Assembly (NCBI GenBank): GCA_001029795.1
Contig: CP011216.1
Location: forward strand, 70,903 to 134,902
Direction: 5' to 3'
Source: a candidate division Kazan bacterium GW2011_GWA1_50_15
GTDB lineage: Bacteria > Patescibacteriota > Kazan-3B-28
Length of the DNA stretch: 64,000 nucleotides
Position numbers and translations under genes: made by a program. Of this stretch, positions 37,238 through 46,643 are shown piece by piece. Under the pieces are notes generated by a model, which was not told the DNA's origin, searched no databases, and saw only the letters and a list, made by a program, of their open reading frames with translations. Position 1 is the first letter of the stretch; each line of letters starts with the position of its first letter.

Positions 37238-37965
37238 ACGAAGTAATTGAATTAGAACCCGAGACCGAAGCATTGCCAGTCATGGAAGTGGCTGGCTTGC
37301 GCGCGGAGATTCACGCCAAGATCAATGAGGCGGTGAGTTTGGGTGTGTTCACGGCGGACGAAGCGAGGCAGTGGGAAGCGGGGTTTGAGGCCTGCACCAA
37401 AATCGAACATATGGAGGAGTTGGTTGATATCATCGATAACTTCATCGATTCTGGTCTCGAGGTAATGGACAAGATAGACACGGTGCTAACTGGTGATGCG
37501 TTTACATCAACCGAACGGATCCAGTGGCGAAGCGAAGCCGAATGGTTAACTTTTAGAGGGATGCAGCTGCTGTTAGACAGATTATTTGAAATTAGTAGTT
37601 CAGCAGAGCAACTGCGCCACCAGTTAGTGAGCTTCTTGGCAGCTAGTCGCTATATCACTCACGAGCGGGCCGAAGAGTTGTGGGGCAAGTTTCATACAGC
37701 TGAAGTAGAGCAGAAACCAAAGGTTTTAGATGACGCTGTACAGTTAGAGTTATCTAGCATGACGGATTACCAGCGATTGAGCCGTGCCACACAAGCCAGG
37801 ATCCGCCAACTGATTAGCGAAGGAAGCTTTAGCAATGCCGAAACCGCTCTGGGGACGGCGCTACCTAAAGCGATCAATCTGTCCGAATACACCGCGTTGC
37901 GCCGCGAGTTGGATGAAGCGCGGATTCAAGAGACGCGCCAGACTATAAGACAAGCGGCAGCGTAG
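37234..37965 (+). CDS. Hypothetical helical protein
   Basis: ATGA overlap with the upstream gene; long open frame. Confidence 0.7.
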   Translation: MNEVIELEPETEALPVMEVAGLRAEIHAKINEAVSLGVFTADEARQWEAGFEACTKIEHMEELVDIIDNFIDSGLEVMDKIDTVLTGDAFTSTERIQWRSEAEWLTFRGMQLLLDRLFEISSSAEQLRHQLVSFLAASRYITHERAEELWGKFHTAEVEQKPKVLDDAVQLELSSMTDYQRLSRATQARIRQLISEGSFSNAETALGTALPKAINLSEYTALRRELDEARIQETRQTIRQAAA

Positions 37966-37981
37966 CCAGTACACTGGGACT

Positions 37982-38206
37982 ATGAGAATAAAAGTAGTGG
38001 TCGTACCCCGGTCCAGCCGCAACGCCATCGAGGAACTGCCGGATGGCAGTTTTAAAGTGTGGGTACGGGCCGTTCCAGAGAAGGGGAAGGCCAATCTGGC
38101 CGTCATTGAACTGTTGGCGCTGAATTTTCGAGTGCCCAAAACCCAAATCGAACTTATTTCTGGGCATCGAGATAAACATAAAATTTTTGAGATTTTTGAA
38201 GCGTGA
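37982..38206 (+). CDS. DUF167 (YggU-like) protein
   Basis: VVPRS, PEKGKAN, ISG....K. Confidence 0.9.
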   Translation: MRIKVVVVPRSSRNAIEELPDGSFKVWVRAVPEKGKANLAVIELLALNFRVPKTQIELISGHRDKHKIFEIFEA

Positions 38207-38393
38207 AATGACGCTTCACCCATTGCTACTTTTGTCTTGCCAAAAGTAGCCAAAAGCGTGGCCCGCTCACCAATTGCTAACCGAAAGGCAAAATCTGCTT
38301 TCTGGCTTTCGGCAAACTCGTCGCCTTGCTCCTTAGACAGTGCCTGCGCTACGCAGATTTTGCCATCGGCGGACGCAATTGCCTCGAAGGGCC
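38197..38393 (+). repeat. Structured element, family 1, copy D
   Basis: P1 TGAAGCGT/ACGCTTCA overlapping the DUF167 stop; pseudoknot AATG/CATT; GCTACTTT hairpin. Confidence 0.8.
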
Positions 38394-38533
38394 GGGTAAG
38401 AGCATAGCATGGTTAGCCTGAGGGATGCCGCTGGGAAGATGACCCCACGCCGAAGGGCTACGGGGGAATAATGCTGGTCAGGAGGATAAAATCGGCTATA
38501 ATGAGGGGGATATTTTTTGATATTAGACAAGAT

Positions 38534-39049
38534 ATGCCTAGTCAATATGCGGAACAGCGGGTGGGGGTCTTTGTCGATGTGGCCAATATGTACTATTCGG
38601 CCAAGGCGATGTACCAGCAGAAGGTAAATTTCAAAGCCATCTTGGAAGAGGCGGTCGGAGACCGCAACTTGATCCGAGCGCTGGCTTATGTGGTCCAGGC
38701 CGACATTCCCGAGGAGGCCGGGTTTTTTGAGGCGTTGGAGCGGATCGGATTTGAAGTGAAGGCCAAAGAACTGCAGGTTTTCTACGGTGGCCATAAAAAG
38801 GGTGACTGGGATGTTGGTATCGCCATGGATACTATTAAGCTCTCGACCAAGATAGATGTGGTGGTGTTGGTCTCTGGCGATGGTGATTTTGTGCCGCTGG
38901 TGGAGTATCTGCAGAGCAACGGGCAAAAAGTTGAAGTGATGGCATTTGGTCGGAGCGCTTCGGGGAAGTTGCGGGATGCGGTGGATAAATTTATTGATCT
39001 GGACGCTAATCCTAAGAAGTTTTTGATCACGGAGAGGAAGCGGCGATGA
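38534..39049 (+). CDS. NYN domain (LabA/DUF88) protein
   Basis: VFVDVAN, KGDWDVGIAMD, LVSGDGDFVPL. Confidence 0.92.
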   Translation: MPSQYAEQRVGVFVDVANMYYSAKAMYQQKVNFKAILEEAVGDRNLIRALAYVVQADIPEEAGFFEALERIGFEVKAKELQVFYGGHKKGDWDVGIAMDTIKLSTKIDVVVLVSGDGDFVPLVEYLQSNGQKVEVMAFGRSASGKLRDAVDKFIDLDANPKKFLITERKRR

Positions 39050-39050
39050 A

Positions 39051-39187
39051 TCCCGTTAAAAACTGTCTTTGCCGGGAGTACGAGAGATAACCAGTCAACC
39101 AATGTTCACTATAACCGCAACCTATACCAGTTTTGCGAAAAAAGAATTCTTACCAGAATTATTTTTTCGCGTAAAGTTTCTAACGGG
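39051..39187. mobile_element. Small TIR element with apparent 5-bp target duplication ATGAA
   Basis: TCCCGTTAAAAACT...AGTTTCTAACGGG flanked by ATGAA at 39046-39050 and 39188-39192. Confidence 0.7.
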
Positions 39188-42097
39188 ATGAAGTTCAAGC
39201 CGGTTGATCCGAGAGCGGACTTCGCTAAACAGGAGGAGGAAGTCCTCGGATTTTGGGATAAGGAAAAAATTTTTCAGAAAAGTTTAGAACAGAGAGCCGG
39301 TGCGCGCCGGTTCGTATTTTTCGAAGGGCCACCGACGGCTAACGCTAAACCCGGTTTACATCATGCGTTAGCTCGGTATTTTAAGGACTTATTTCCGCGG
39401 TACAAGACTATGCAGGGATTTTTAGTGGAACGCAAGGCTGGTTGGGATACTCACGGTTTGCCGGTGGAGATAGCGGTAGAGAAAGAATTAGGGATTACCT
39501 CCAAGCCGGAGATCGAGACCTACGGCGTAGAGAAATTTAACGCCAAGGCCAGAGAAAGTGTCTGGGAGCATAAAGCCGACTGGGAGAAGTTCACCAAGCG
39601 GAGTGGGTTTTGGTTGGATATGGAGCATCCGTACATCACCTATGAACCGGATTACATTGAGTCGGTCTGGTGGATTTTAAAGCAGGCCTGGGACAAGGAG
39701 CTGATTTATCGGGGGCATCGGGTGGTGCCGCGCTGTCCAAGATGCGGAACGGCATTATCAAGTCATGAAGTGGCGCAGGGCTATAAAGAAGTGACGGAGA
39801 CCTCCGTGTTCGTAAAGTTCAAAGTTAAAGATAAACCCAATACTTATATCCTGTCTTGGACGACGACACCGTGGACACTGCCGGGGAATGTGGCACTAGC
39901 CGTAGGTGAAAATATCGCCTACGCGAAAATCCAAATTACAAATGACAAATTACAAAATAAGGAATACCTGATTTTGGCGGAGGAGTTGATTGAGAAAGTT
40001 TTTGGCGAGGAGAAGGTTGAAATCGTTGAAAGAATGGCGGGGAAGGATTTGGTGGGTTGGGAGTACGAACCGCTATTCCCGGGAGCGGTGCCAAGTAATA
40101 CGCCGAATTTTGCTAATGCGTTTAAAGTTTATCCGGCAGAGTTTGTTACGACTGAAGACGGCACCGGGGTGGTGCACACAGCGGTGATGTACGGCGAGGA
40201 CGATTATCAACTAGGCGAGAAGGTTGGTCTGCCCAAGTTCCATACGGTTCTGCCCGACGGCAAGTTCGGGCCGGGGGTGACTGAGTGGGCGGGGCAGTTT
40301 GTTAAAGACCACAAGGTGGAACAGGGGATTATTGCCGACTTAGACAAGCGCGGGTTGTTATTTAAGGAGGTGCCATTCACCCACGACTACCCATTCTGCT
40401 GGCGGTGTGAGACGCCGCTGATCTACTATGCGTCGGATTCGTGGTTCATCGCTATGTCTAAACTACGTGACCAGTTAATTAAAAATAATGCTACGGTCGA
40501 GTGGACACCAACCCATATTAAAGACGGTCGGTTTGGTGAGTGGCTCCGGGAGGTGAAGGACTGGGGTATCTCCCGCGAGCGGTACTGGGGGACGCCATTG
40601 CCATTCTGGGTCAACAGTGAAGGCGAAACACTTTGCGTGGGTTCGTTCTCGGAATTGCATAAATTAGCCAAGGAACCGGAAAAGATCGGAACGGGATTTG
40701 ATCCGCACAAACCATTCGTGGATAACATCGTTTTAGTTAAAGGTGGTAAGGAGTACACCAGAGTGCCGGAGGTGTTGGATGTCTGGTTCGATTCTGGCGC
40801 CATGCCGTTCGCGCAGTGGCACTACCCGAACGAGAACGCGGAAAAAATTGACCGGGGCGAGGCCTTTCCGGCCGACTTTATCTCCGAGGCCATCGATCAG
40901 ACCCGGGGCTGGTTTTACACGCTGTTGGCCGTTTCCACGCTGCTGGGCAAGCCGGCGCCGTATAAACATGTGGTGTGTCTGGGACACATTTTAGACAAAC
41001 ACGGAAAGAAGATGAGCAAGTCCAAGGGTAATGTGGTGGACCCGTGGATGATATTTGATAAATACGGTTCCGACGCTCTGCGATGGTATTTCATAACCCT
41101 CAACCAGCCGGGTCTGCCAAAAAACTTTGACGAAGAGGGGGTGAAAACGGTCGTGCGCCGGTTGATGCTGACGCTGTGGAACACTTATTCATTCTTTGTC
41201 ACGTATGCCAATATCGATGGGTTTACGCCTGACTTACAAACGAAAGTCAAACCGAAAGAGATGTTGGATAAGTGGATTTGGACCCGGCGTGATCAGCTGA
41301 TCGAACATGTCACTTATCATTTAGACCGCTATGAACCGATGGCGGCCTGTTTGGCCATTGAGAGCTTTGTGGAAGATCTCTCTAACTGGTATGTTCGCAG
41401 AAGCCGGCGTCGGTTTTGGAAGGCAGGTGACGCTAGCCAGACCAAGGACAAGCAACTAGCTTACGGCGTGCTCTACGGCGTCTTGAAGGACCTCACGAAA
41501 CTGATGGCGCCGTTCATGCCGTTTTTGGCTGAAGCCGTCTATGCCAACTTAAAAACAGACACTGAACCGATCTCGGTACATCTAACTACCTGGCCTAGGG
41601 CGGGCAAGGTTGACGAACCCACGCTGGAGGCGATGAGCCAAGTGCGGCACTGGGTAGAGGTGGGCCTGAATCAACGCGAGGCGGCAGGGATAAAAGTGCG
41701 CCAACCGTTGGCTCGATTTTCTGTTAAAACAGAGCAGTTGGACGAGGACTTAGTTAGTATCTTGCGCGATGAGCTCAATGTGAAAGAGATCGTGTTGGGG
41801 GACAAAGTTGAACAGCTGGACACGCAATTAACTGACGCTTTGCGCGAAGAGGGTCTGGCGCGTGAACTGGTACGGGCTATCCAAGTTTTGCGCAAGGAGT
41901 CAGGGTTTGAGATCCAAAACCACATTAAAATTCTTTGGCAAACCGATAATAAAATTGTTCAGCAAGCCATTCAAGCGTGGGGCGAATATATTCGCTTGGA
42001 AACTTTGGCGGACGCGATGGAGATGAGCGATAACAACGGGATCGAGATAAAAATCGACGGTGATATGATAAAGTTATTAGTGACAAAAGTATCATGA
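39188..42097 (+). CDS. ileS: Isoleucine--tRNA ligase (IleS2-like)
   Basis: EGPPTAN, GWDTHGLP, WTTTPWTL, DWGISRERYWG, DQTRGWFY, KMSKS. Confidence 0.97.
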   Translation: MKFKPVDPRADFAKQEEEVLGFWDKEKIFQKSLEQRAGARRFVFFEGPPTANAKPGLHHALARYFKDLFPRYKTMQGFLVERKAGWDTHGLPVEIAVEKELGITSKPEIETYGVEKFNAKARESVWEHKADWEKFTKRSGFWLDMEHPYITYEPDYIESVWWILKQAWDKELIYRGHRVVPRCPRCGTALSSHEVAQGYKEVTETSVFVKFKVKDKPNTYILSWTTTPWTLPGNVALAVGENIAYAKIQITNDKLQNKEYLILAEELIEKVFGEEKVEIVERMAGKDLVGWEYEPLFPGAVPSNTPNFANAFKVYPAEFVTTEDGTGVVHTAVMYGEDDYQLGEKVGLPKFHTVLPDGKFGPGVTEWAGQFVKDHKVEQGIIADLDKRGLLFKEVPFTHDYPFCWRCETPLIYYASDSWFIAMSKLRDQLIKNNATVEWTPTHIKDGRFGEWLREVKDWGISRERYWGTPLPFWVNSEGETLCVGSFSELHKLAKEPEKIGTGFDPHKPFVDNIVLVKGGKEYTRVPEVLDVWFDSGAMPFAQWHYPNENAEKIDRGEAFPADFISEAIDQTRGWFYTLLAVSTLLGKPAPYKHVVCLGHILDKHGKKMSKSKGNVVDPWMIFDKYGSDALRWYFITLNQPGLPKNFDEEGVKTVVRRLMLTLWNTYSFFVTYANIDGFTPDLQTKVKPKEMLDKWIWTRRDQLIEHVTYHLDRYEPMAACLAIESFVEDLSNWYVRRSRRRFWKAGDASQTKDKQLAYGVLYGVLKDLTKLMAPFMPFLAEAVYANLKTDTEPISVHLTTWPRAGKVDEPTLEAMSQVRHWVEVGLNQREAAGIKVRQPLARFSVKTEQLDEDLVSILRDELNVKEIVLGDKVEQLDTQLTDALREEGLARELVRAIQVLRKESGFEIQNHIKILWQTDNKIVQQAIQAWGEYIRLETLADAMEMSDNNGIEIKIDGDMIKLLVTKVS

Positions 42098-42603
42098 ATC
42101 GATTTGTCTCTAATCTAATTCTGGGGCTGTTCGCGGTGGCGCTGATCGCTGTCTACGGTGTTAGTAAACAGCCAGCAGTGTTTTCGTTGGGTCAGATGTT
42201 GCCGCAGCAGTTAGTTCGGACGCCGAGCGGCGTGCAGGCAGCAGTGCGGCTACCAGGAGGCCAGGTGATCCAAGCTCAGATAGCTGATACGCCCGAGGCT
42301 CAAGCTCAGGGCCTGTCCGGGGTAGAGGCTATCCCAGCCAATGGGGGGATGTTGTTCGTATTTCAAGATGACGGCGCGCACGGTATCTGGATGAAGGGGA
42401 TGAAGATCCCACTGGATATATTGTGGCTTGATAGTCGGGGTGAAGTGGTCCAGATCGTTCAGAATGCTCCAGTGCCAGATAGCGCTGGGTCTGAACTGCC
42501 AATATACCAAAATGACCAACCAGCCAAATACGTGCTGGAATTGGCGGCTGGCACAGTGGAGGCAACTGGGCTTGAGGTGGGAGCGGAGCTAGGGCTATCC
42601 TAG
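42094..42603 (+). CDS. DUF192 domain protein with N-terminal TM
   Basis: IADT..QGL, GMLFVF, WMKGM.IPLDI, YVLEL. Confidence 0.9.
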   Translation: MNRFVSNLILGLFAVALIAVYGVSKQPAVFSLGQMLPQQLVRTPSGVQAAVRLPGGQVIQAQIADTPEAQAQGLSGVEAIPANGGMLFVFQDDGAHGIWMKGMKIPLDILWLDSRGEVVQIVQNAPVPDSAGSELPIYQNDQPAKYVLELAAGTVEATGLEVGAELGLS

Positions 42604-42664
42604 AGCTGGCCAAACCAGATAAGACTTGACCCTTGGGCGGCACAGGTGGTAACTTTTGGAAGTT

Positions 42665-42973
42665 ATGCAGTTAGCAGTTATCAAAACCGGAGGCAAACAA
42701 TACCTTGTGACCGAGGGGATGACCTTGGATATCGAAAAATTGGTCGGCGAACCAGCCAGCGAGGTAAAGTTCACTGAGGTGTTACTGGTGGTCAACGACG
42801 ATCAGCTGAAGCTCGGGACCCCCTTGGTGGACGGGGCAATGGTAATTGGTCAGATCGTTAAACAAGGACGTGATCCTAAGGTGACGGTAGCCAAGATGAA
42901 ACGGCGCAAACGTTATCGTCGCGTCGCTGGCCACAAGCAGTTTATAACTCGGGTCGAGATAATGAAGATCTAA
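42665..42973 (+). CDS. rplU: 50S ribosomal protein L21
   Basis: AVIKTGGKQY, KRRKRY...GHKQ. Confidence 0.96.
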   Translation: MQLAVIKTGGKQYLVTEGMTLDIEKLVGEPASEVKFTEVLLVVNDDQLKLGTPLVDGAMVIGQIVKQGRDPKVTVAKMKRRKRYRRVAGHKQFITRVEIMKI

Positions 42974-42999
42974 AAATCCTGCCGTGCGGCAGGATTTTT
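42972..42999. terminator. Bidirectional terminator
   Basis: AAAAATCCTGCC-GTGC-GGCAGGATTTTT between convergent rplU and lepB. Confidence 0.85.
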
Positions 43000-43000
43000 G

Positions 43001-43654
43001 TTATAAGCTTTTACCGTAGGAGGGGGTGGAGATGCTGTGGAAGTCGTCGAACGGATAGATGACCACCCAGACCTTGCCGACGATCAAGTGACGCGCGACC
43101 GGTCCCCAGATGCGCGAGTCGGAGCTGTTGTGACGGTTATCACCCATAACAAAGTACTCGTCTTTGCTTAGAGTACGCCGGGTATCGGTGGGAGTATCAG
43201 CGCCGCGGAGGTAGGACTCGTCCAGGAGAGCGCCGTTGGGATTCTGTTTGTTGTATATCGTAACGCGTCCATCTCTGACCTCGACAGTTTCTCCTGGTAG
43301 TCCGATAACCCGCTTGATAAAGGAGATGGCTGTATTTTGTGGCCACTTAAAGACAACGACATCTCCTCGGTGTGGGGTGCGGAATCGGTAGGTGACTTGG
43401 TCGACAATGATGTACTCATTGTTATGGAAGTTTGGTTCCATGGAGGGACCAGAGACGTAGAACGGTTGGATGAGGAAGAAGCGGATAAGAAAAGCCACGC
43501 CCAAGACCGTACTGACGGTTTTGAAAACATCGTAAATAAAAATAACTGTGCCGACAAAAATCGTCAACCAGAGATGGCGGTGCGGTGCGCCGCGCCGTTT
43601 CGGGGAAGCGGGTTTACTGTCCCCGTCCTCGTGGGCGAACATGTCATCAACCAT
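43001..43654 (-). CDS. lepB: Signal peptidase I
   Basis: SGPSMEP, IKRVIGLPGE, GDNRHNSSDSR. Confidence 0.95.
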   Translation of the reverse strand: MVDDMFAHEDGDSKPASPKRRGAPHRHLWLTIFVGTVIFIYDVFKTVSTVLGVAFLIRFFLIQPFYVSGPSMEPNFHNNEYIIVDQVTYRFRTPHRGDVVVFKWPQNTAISFIKRVIGLPGETVEVRDGRVTIYNKQNPNGALLDESYLRGADTPTDTRRTLSKDEYFVMGDNRHNSSDSRIWGPVARHLIVGKVWVVIYPFDDFHSISTPSYGKSL

Positions 43655-43746
43655 GGTGTTCTATAAAAATCCTCTTAATTGTACAACATTTGAAAGTTAA
43701 ACTGCTTTTGGCTATGATAGGAGACGCATTGACGGGCTTGTAGCGT

Positions 43747-43932
43747 GGGCGGTTAGCTCAGTGGTAGAGCGCTTCGTTCACACCTGCCCGCCGCATCTGG
43801 ACCCGTGGCTCAGTGGTTAGAGCGTTCGGTTCACATCCGAAAGGTCGGTGGTTCGAATCCACCCGGGTCCACCAGTGTGCTATGGCAGGCGGGTCGAAGA
43901 AGTCAGAGGTTCAAATCCTCTACCGCCCACCA
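43747..43932 (+). tRNA. Outer tRNA-Val(CAC), interrupted near position 37/38 by a 111-nt insert containing another tRNA
   Basis: 5' half GGGCGGT-TA-GCTC-AGTGGTA-GAGC-G-CTTCG-TTCACA; 3' half T-CGAAG-AAGTC-AGAGG-TTCAAAT-CCTCT-ACCGCCC-ACCA; all four stems pair fully. Confidence 0.85.
43799..43874 (+). tRNA. Inner (nested) tRNA-Val(CAC), complete 76 nt
   Basis: GGACCCG/CGGGTCC acceptor stem, TTCGG-TTCACAT-CCGAA anticodon arm, GGTTCGAATCC, ACCA. Confidence 0.93.
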
Positions 43933-43971
43933 CGGTTGACAGTGTTGGGGAGATGGGTTAACCTGTCCCCT

Positions 43972-44092
43972 GTACGCATCCCGCCATTTATTCGTGATTA
44001 ACACGGGTAAATGGTCATTCGCTCCTGGCAGATCGGGTGAGACCGGTCAGCCCCAAGAGTGATCAGCATCAAAATGGCGGGAGAGGCATAAA
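43972..44092 (+). promoter_or_regulatory. Putative S2 (rpsB) leader
   Basis: Long-range stem TCCCGCCATTT / AAATGGCGGGA enclosing hairpins, immediately upstream of the rpsB RBS. Confidence 0.6.
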
Positions 44093-44103
44093 AGGAGAAC
44101 AGT

Positions 44104-44856
44104 ATGGCACAGACCAAAGTTTCAGTTGAGGCGATGATGGAGGCGGGTATGCATTTTGGGCATCAGACGCACCGGCGCAATCCCAAGATGGACCCGTATA
44201 TTTTTGATGCAAGGAACGGGGTGCACATCATTGACCTAACCAAAACCGAGCCGTTACTTGAAGTCGCTCTAGCGTTTTTGCAAGACACGGTCAAGGCGGG
44301 CAAGCAAGTTATTCTAGTGGGAACTAAGCGGCAAGCCAGTCCGATCATTCAGACCGGGGCGGAACAGTGCGGGATGCCCTATGTGAATGAACGATGGTTG
44401 GGTGGGCTCCTCACTAATTTTGATACCATTAAAAAACGGTTGAAATATTTAAATGAGTTGGAACAGAAATTGTCAGACAAGACTGCTGGTCGGATGACCA
44501 AAAAAGAGCGGGTGGTGTTAGACCGGCAGTACCGTACTCTGATGTTGTCCTTGGGTGGTGTGAAAAATCTGCGGGAGCTGCCGGGCGCGATCTTTGTGGT
44601 GGACATTATTAAAGATAAGATCGCAGTTAGAGAGGCCAAGAAACTTGGTATCCCAGTAGTGGCATTAGTTGATACTAATGGCGATCCGACGGTAATTGAT
44701 TATCCTATTCCATCCAACGATGACGCCAAAAAGGCGATCGAATACGTACTGGAGTTAGTGGCAGAAGCTTGTTCGGTCAAACCAACCAAGGCGGTTTCTC
44801 CGGCGGCTTCAGGTCAGATTGCGGACGAACCAAAAACTGAAGTTACAATAGAATAG
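44104..44856 (+). CDS. rpsB: 30S ribosomal protein S2
   Basis: AGMHFGH, RWLGGLLTNF, DTN, PSNDDA. Confidence 0.98.
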   Translation: MAQTKVSVEAMMEAGMHFGHQTHRRNPKMDPYIFDARNGVHIIDLTKTEPLLEVALAFLQDTVKAGKQVILVGTKRQASPIIQTGAEQCGMPYVNERWLGGLLTNFDTIKKRLKYLNELEQKLSDKTAGRMTKKERVVLDRQYRTLMLSLGGVKNLRELPGAIFVVDIIKDKIAVREAKKLGIPVVALVDTNGDPTVIDYPIPSNDDAKKAIEYVLELVAEACSVKPTKAVSPAASGQIADEPKTEVTIE

Positions 44857-44869
44857 TGATTAAGGAGAT

Positions 44870-45409
44870 GTGATGGAGATTAAGGCAACTGATGTAAAAA
44901 ATTTACGCGACCTGACCGGGGCTGGCATGATGGAGGCTAAACAGGCATTGACCGAGGCGGCCGGCGATGTCGCGCGGGCCACAGCTATCTTGAAAGAGCG
45001 AGGAGCAACGATCGCTGCAAAGAAGGCCAACCGAGTGGCGGCTAACGGCGTAGTGGCGTCATATGTTCACACCGGTAACAAGATTGGGGTGTTGGTGGAG
45101 GTGAACGTCGAGACGGATTTTGTTGCTCGGGATGAAAAGTTCATTTCATTTGCTCGAGAGATAGCTGTTCATATAGCGGGAATGAACCCCACGTATCTCA
45201 CTAAAGACGAGGTCCCCGCGGATGAGCTAGCGGGAGCTGACGACAAGGACGCCTACATCAAAGAGGTGTGTTTGTTGGAACAGCCGTTCGTAAAAGATCC
45301 TAGTAAAACCATTCGGCAACTAGTCGAGGAAGAGGTAGCGCGTTTTAAAGAGAACATTCAGATCAAGCGGTTTGTCAGATTTGAATTGGGGGTGGTACCT
45401 GTATGTTAG
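44870..45409 (+). CDS. tsf: Elongation factor Ts (short form)
   Basis: LRDLTGAGMM, EVNVETDFVAR, IKRFVRFELG. Confidence 0.96.
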   Translation: MMEIKATDVKNLRDLTGAGMMEAKQALTEAAGDVARATAILKERGATIAAKKANRVAANGVVASYVHTGNKIGVLVEVNVETDFVARDEKFISFAREIAVHIAGMNPTYLTKDEVPADELAGADDKDAYIKEVCLLEQPFVKDPSKTIRQLVEEEVARFKENIQIKRFVRFELGVVPVC

Positions 45410-45948
45410 ATGAACTTGAGGCCAAGCTAGTTAAGACAATAGAGTCTCTCCAGACCGAACTGAACGGTATTCGGGCCGGTCGGGCCAGCGCAAGTTTAGT
45501 AGAGAATCTGTTGGTCGAATCATACGGCAGTAAGATGCCGCTGAAGCAAGTGGCTAGCATCACGGTGTCAGATGCTAAGTCTTTGGCCATCCAACCGTGG
45601 GACCGCGGCAACTTAGCGCCGATCGAACGGGCGATTGCTCAGTCTGATCTGGGTCTCAACCCGATCAATGATGGGACGATGATCCGTTTGAACATCCCCC
45701 CGCTTTCTAGTGAACGGCGGGATGAACTAGTTAAGTTAGTTGGCCAGCGCGCGGAGGCGGCTAAGGTGTCGATCCGTAATCTGCGTCATGAAGCGATGGA
45801 CCAGATTGGTCGGCAAGTTAAGGATAAGGTGATATCAGAAGACGATAGTAAGCGGCTAGAGAAAACCGTGCAGGAACGAGTAGACCACGCTAACGGGCGG
45901 GTGGAGCAGATGCTCCAAGCGAAAGAGGCGGAGATCAAAACTGTTTAA
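45403..45948 (+). CDS. frr: Ribosome recycling factor
   Basis: IRAGRAS, QPWD, IPPLSSERR, SIRNLR. Confidence 0.96.
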   Translation: MLDELEAKLVKTIESLQTELNGIRAGRASASLVENLLVESYGSKMPLKQVASITVSDAKSLAIQPWDRGNLAPIERAIAQSDLGLNPINDGTMIRLNIPPLSSERRDELVKLVGQRAEAAKVSIRNLRHEAMDQIGRQVKDKVISEDDSKRLEKTVQERVDHANGRVEQMLQAKEAEIKTV

Positions 45949-45950
45949 TA

Positions 45951-46637
45951 GTGGATATTCCTCAACATATCGCCTTTATCTTAGATGGGAACCGGAGGTG
46001 GGCCAAAGATCGTGGCTTACCGGCTTGGCAAGGACATCTCAAGGCGTTGGATACACTGGATGAGCTGGTGTATTGGTGCCGGGAAACGGGGGTTAAGTAT
46101 TTGACAGTCTACGCTTTTTCGACCGAAAACTGGGGCCGGCCAGAAGAAGAGCTGGGTCACTTATTTGGTGAGGTGTTAACTGAAGGTGTCACCGAAAAAT
46201 TCCCGCGGCTGCACGAGCAAAATATTCGTGTTAATGTACTTGGCCGGTTGGACAGGTTCCCGCCCAAGATGCAGACGGCAATAGGGGACATTATAGAGAA
46301 GACGAAATCTAATACCGGTCTGGTTTTTAACTGGTGTTTGGATTACGGCGGGAGAAGCGAGTTAGTTCGGGCGGTGCAAGAGATAACTAGGCAACAGATA
46401 CCGGCCGATCAGATCACCGAAGATATAGTATCGGCTCATCTCTATTCGGCGGGGGTGCCAGACCCAGACCTAGTGATCCGGACTTCTGGCGAACAGCGGC
46501 TTAGTGGATTTTTATTGTGGCAGAACGCTTACGCAGAGTTATATTTCCCTAAAGTTTATTTTCCAGCCTTTACTAAGACTGACTTTGACGAAGCCTTAAC
46601 GTGGTATGCTGGCCGAGATAGACGCTACGGTAAATAA
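45951..46637 (+). CDS. uppS: Polyprenyl diphosphate synthase
   Basis: HIAFILDGNRRWA, AFSTENW, IRTSGEQRLSGFLLWQ. Confidence 0.96.
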   Translation: MDIPQHIAFILDGNRRWAKDRGLPAWQGHLKALDTLDELVYWCRETGVKYLTVYAFSTENWGRPEEELGHLFGEVLTEGVTEKFPRLHEQNIRVNVLGRLDRFPPKMQTAIGDIIEKTKSNTGLVFNWCLDYGGRSELVRAVQEITRQQIPADQITEDIVSAHLYSAGVPDPDLVIRTSGEQRLSGFLLWQNAYAELYFPKVYFPAFTKTDFDEALTWYAGRDRRYGK

Positions 46638-46643
46638 TTGTCT

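Noticed and set aside
39050-39187. T-box riboswitch upstream of ileS
   Set aside because: No T-box motif (AAxxxGGGTGGxACC) or terminator; the region is explained by the TIR element.
43783-43893. Group I/II intron or bulge-helix-bulge intron as explanation for the tRNA insert
   Set aside because: Only 35 nt remain besides the inner tRNA, too little for a ribozyme core, and no clear 3-4-3 bulge-helix-bulge is visible at the junctions.
43813-44001. 62-aa ORF over the tRNA locus
   Set aside because: Spurious translation of tRNA sequence.
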